From: Calditrichia bacterium
GTDB taxonomy: Bacteria; Calditrichota; Calditrichia; JAJRVZ01
Direction of reading: 5' to 3'
DNA: 64,000 bases
Assembly: GCA_963777955.1 (NCBI GenBank)
Contig: CAVZSQ010000019.1
Span: 416,001 to 480,000 of the forward strand
Program-made: the position numbers and the translations under genes
In this document: one piece after another, positions 61,402 through 64,000 of the stretch
Layout: each line of letters opens with the position of its first letter
Numbering within the stretch: position 1 is the stretch's first letter
The notes under the pieces: generated by a model
What the model was told of the DNA's origin: nothing
Databases searched by the model: none
Seen by the model: the letters and a program-made list of their open reading frames with translations, nothing else

Positions 61402-62309
61402 TTAGCTGATTTTTAGCGCCGTAACAATTGACAGAAATTTGGATTCTTCCGAATCAGACCGCGAGGTCAGTACTACCGGTGCAGCGGCACCGATTATAAG
61501 TCCGGCCACTTTGGCCTGACCCAGGACGGTCAGTAATTTATAAAAAGCATTACCCGTTTCGATATTGGCTACGATGCAGATGTCGGCGTCCCCGCCCACG
61601 GGGGAACGCAGATCTTTAACCGTACATGACTCTGTGGAAAATGCATTATCCACTGCCAGCGGACCGTCAATGATCGCACCCTTGATCTGGCCGCGATCCC
61701 CCATCTTGGCAATGATGGCGGCATCGGCCGATGAAGGTATTCCGGCGGCATTGACTTTTTCTACGGCAGAAATAATGGCCACCTTGGGCAGCTGGTATCC
61801 GAGTCTTTGTGCCGCGGCAATGGCATTTTCGGTAATGGCTACCTTGGTAGCCAGGTCCGGAGCAATGTTCATAGCCGCGTCGGACATCATGAACAGTTTA
61901 TGATAAAGCGGACTCTCAAATAAAGCCAGGTGAGAAATAACATTGCCGCTGCGCTGTCGCAGACCAGTACTTTTATCCAGGATGCCTTTCAAAAAAGAAT
62001 TGGTAGAACAGAGTCCTTTCATGACCACCTGGGCCTGATTGTCACGAACCAGTCTCGATTGCCTTCTGTACCGCTTCGTTCTCATCGGCCGCTGGCCACC
62101 AGTTGATACTGATCAGCCTTGATCTTCAGCTCCTTGAAAAGTTTGTGGATTTTATCTTCGCGCCCGGTCAGAATGGCCCGGGTCAGACCCATGGCACGTG
62201 CTTTCTCCAGTGCGGTCAAAACATCTGCATCTTCCGCCAGGGCAACCGCAATAGTCCGCGGAGCCTGATCGCGTAACTGGTTTACAAGTTGATCAAAATT
62301 TTTCAGCAT
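61402..62309 (-). CDS. ptb: Phosphate butyryltransferase; two frameshifts at about 62055 and 62096
   Basis: MKG...T..FLK, SDAAMNIAP, DGPLAVDNA, GDADI, PVVLTSRSD; adjacent to buk. Confidence 0.9.
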
Positions 62310-62320
62310 GCGCTACCCCT

Positions 62321-63346
62321 TTAATTGAAAAATGTATCGGCCTTTAATATTTTCACCGTAGCCTTGCGCTTGCATTCAACCAGAGCATGTTTAAGGGCCG
62401 TCAATAAACCGCTGAAAGTTTTGGCATTATCCGGGAAGGTGGCCACACCTACAGATAGATCTATTTTCAAGCCATGTCTGGTAAAATTTGTTTCGGTAAT
62501 AACCTCGTATAATTTTTGCACGCAGCCAAGCGCTTCTTCGCTGCTACTACCCGGCAGGCAGATGATAACCTCGTCGGTGCCGAATTTACTGTGACAATCA
62601 TATCTGCGGATATTTTTATGTATAATTGTCAAAATTTCATTCATCAGATCGGTACAAATATCATCGCCATAAGATGTCAGCAGATTATCGAACTTGACCA
62701 CATCGATGAGCACCAGAGACAGATTCTCCTCCAGGCGCTGAGCACGGGCGATGGCTTCCTGCAGCCGGTGGTAAAAGATATTGTAATCAAAGGCACCGGT
62801 ATGTTCGTCTTTTTCGGCATGCTTGTGCAGATCCCGCAGCATGGTCTCTTTCAGGAACGCCAGTGATACAATCCGCGCATAAAGTTGCACAATCAACTGA
62901 AAATCAGAATTGAAATAATTTTCCTCAGTACTGTCGACATAAAGATAACCCAGAGGTCTTAAATTGGCTATCAAATTGACGAAATAGCAGGATTGAAAAT
63001 CGTTTTCCAGGCGAACTTCTTTGCAAAGCTCCGGATTGTCTTTTACTGTATTGATCAGCACCGGTTTACCGGTCCAGATCACATCATTGAGCATGTGGGT
63101 AATCGGACGTTGCCGGAAATCCTTGCAAAACTGCCAGGACAGACCATGTGAATTGAGTATCTCCAGTTTTTCTGTCTTCGGGTTGATGCGGATGACAGCG
63201 CAGGTCTGGCACCCCAGGCCTTCGCTGAGGTTTTTGACTACATTATGAACTGTTCGTTCCAGATTCTGGGTGGTGGTGAGATCATCAAGAATTTCGGTCA
63301 TGGCGATTATACCACTGCTCACCGACTTGATTAATTCTTTTGGCAT
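62321..63346 (-). CDS. GAF + degenerate GGDEF-domain protein
   Basis: GAF N-terminus; DEHTGAF, LIDVVKF, RRYD..SKFGTDEV, SVGVATFP; AAGGAGG RBS. Confidence 0.82.
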   Translation of the reverse strand: MPKELIKSVSSGIIAMTEILDDLTTTQNLERTVHNVVKNLSEGLGCQTCAVIRINPKTEKLEILNSHGLSWQFCKDFRQRPITHMLNDVIWTGKPVLINTVKDNPELCKEVRLENDFQSCYFVNLIANLRPLGYLYVDSTEENYFNSDFQLIVQLYARIVSLAFLKETMLRDLHKHAEKDEHTGAFDYNIFYHRLQEAIARAQRLEENLSLVLIDVVKFDNLLTSYGDDICTDLMNEILTIIHKNIRRYDCHSKFGTDEVIICLPGSSSEEALGCVQKLYEVITETNFTRHGLKIDLSVGVATFPDNAKTFSGLLTALKHALVECKRKATVKILKADTFFN

Positions 63347-63410
63347 GAACACCTCCTTCACCCGCATAGATTTACGGTTTTTTTACAGCAGTCTATCACT
63401 GCCGGGATAA

Positions 63411-63500
63411 TTTAACCGGAGGGTAGCTCAAAAGATTCTTCCTCGTCCGGAAAATACCGGACTCGTCAGAATGACACTTTCAGTCCAACCTCCGGTTAAA
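63411..63500. repeat. 90-bp element with 12-bp terminal inverted repeats (MITE/REP-like)
   Basis: TTTAACCGGAGG ... CCTCCGGTTAAA enclosing AGATTCTTC..GTCCGG-AAAATA-CCGGAC..CAGAATGAC. Confidence 0.55.
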
Positions 63501-63505
63501 GAGTA

Positions 63506-64000
63506 TCAGTTCTTCTGAGCATCCAGAACAGCGATTGCTGTCATGTTCACAATTTCATTCACTTCACAACCGCGCTGCAATACATGGATAGCTTTACCCA
63601 GACCTACCAGGATCGGGCCTATCGCCTCGGCGCCACCAATGCGGTTCATCAATTTATAAGCGATATTCCCGGCCTCAAGGTTTGGAAAAATCAGTACATT
63701 AGCTTTTTCACGCAATTGATTAAAGTCGTAAGTATCATTCAATATTTCCGGAACTACAGCCGTATCGGCTTGCATTTCTCCATCGATGATCAGGCCGGGA
63801 CGTGCGTTCTTTAACCAGGCGTGTTGCCTCGGCGACTTTCCGGGCCAGCGGATGACGAACACTTCCGAAATTACTGAACGACAGCATGGCCACGCGCGGT
63901 TCAATATCAAAATTCTTGACCAGATCGGAAGTCAGGATGGCAATTTCAGCCAGTTGTGCAGTGCTTGGTTCGATATTCACCGTGGTGTCGGCAAAGAAAA
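63506..64000 (-). CDS. maeB: C-terminal phosphotransacetylase-like domain of NADP-dependent malic enzyme (partial); frameshift at about 63803
   Basis: [63 protein letters not shown]. Confidence 0.82.

Noticed and set aside
63416..63495. tRNA-like start GGAGGGTAGCTCAA with a complementary end
   Set aside because: No T-arm GTTCRA or anticodon arm; better explained as an inverted-repeat element.

Overview
64-kb chromosomal window from a diderm bacterium. The gene content suggests a Calditrichota/FCB-related lineage, but that is inference only. No rRNA, tRNA, CRISPR array, prophage or transposase was seen. Left part (1-17 kb): a sigma54 response regulator, gltX, glgX, a YciB-NUDIX fusion, a SWIM-SNF2 ATPase, a B12 radical SAM gene converging on a cobalamin-riboswitch-controlled btuFDC-like transporter, and a PerR-led peroxide operon with two different DPSL ferritins. 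Middle part (17-42 kb): about 25 kb of minus-strand accessory genes and gene remnants, including GH51-PA14, two GH127 genes, aceK, methyltransferases, an octaheme HAO-like cytochrome and a NapH-like protein, divergent from glnA. Right part (44-60 kb): two compact sensor-regulator-target modules with operators readable in the DNA. The best candidate for an undescribed system is a CRTAC1/ASPIC-like (7x FG-GAP + UnbV) membrane histidine kinase, a PP2C and a sigma54 activator, followed by tandem palindromic enhancers and a -24/-12 promoter in front of a Tyr-rich/Ser-Gly low-complexity lipoprotein and a FadL/PorV-like barrel. The second module is a PDZ-like multi-TM kinase and an OmpR regulator with 11-bp-phased TGACAT boxes in front of a 5'-nucleotidase and a POTRA-less Omp85. 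The window ends in a maeB-GAF/GTDEV-ptb-buk-osmC cluster. GTAG-type REP palindromes and octamer tandem repeats are scattered throughout, and some are fused into coding sequence. About a dozen genes are broken by single extra bases, most likely long-read errors.
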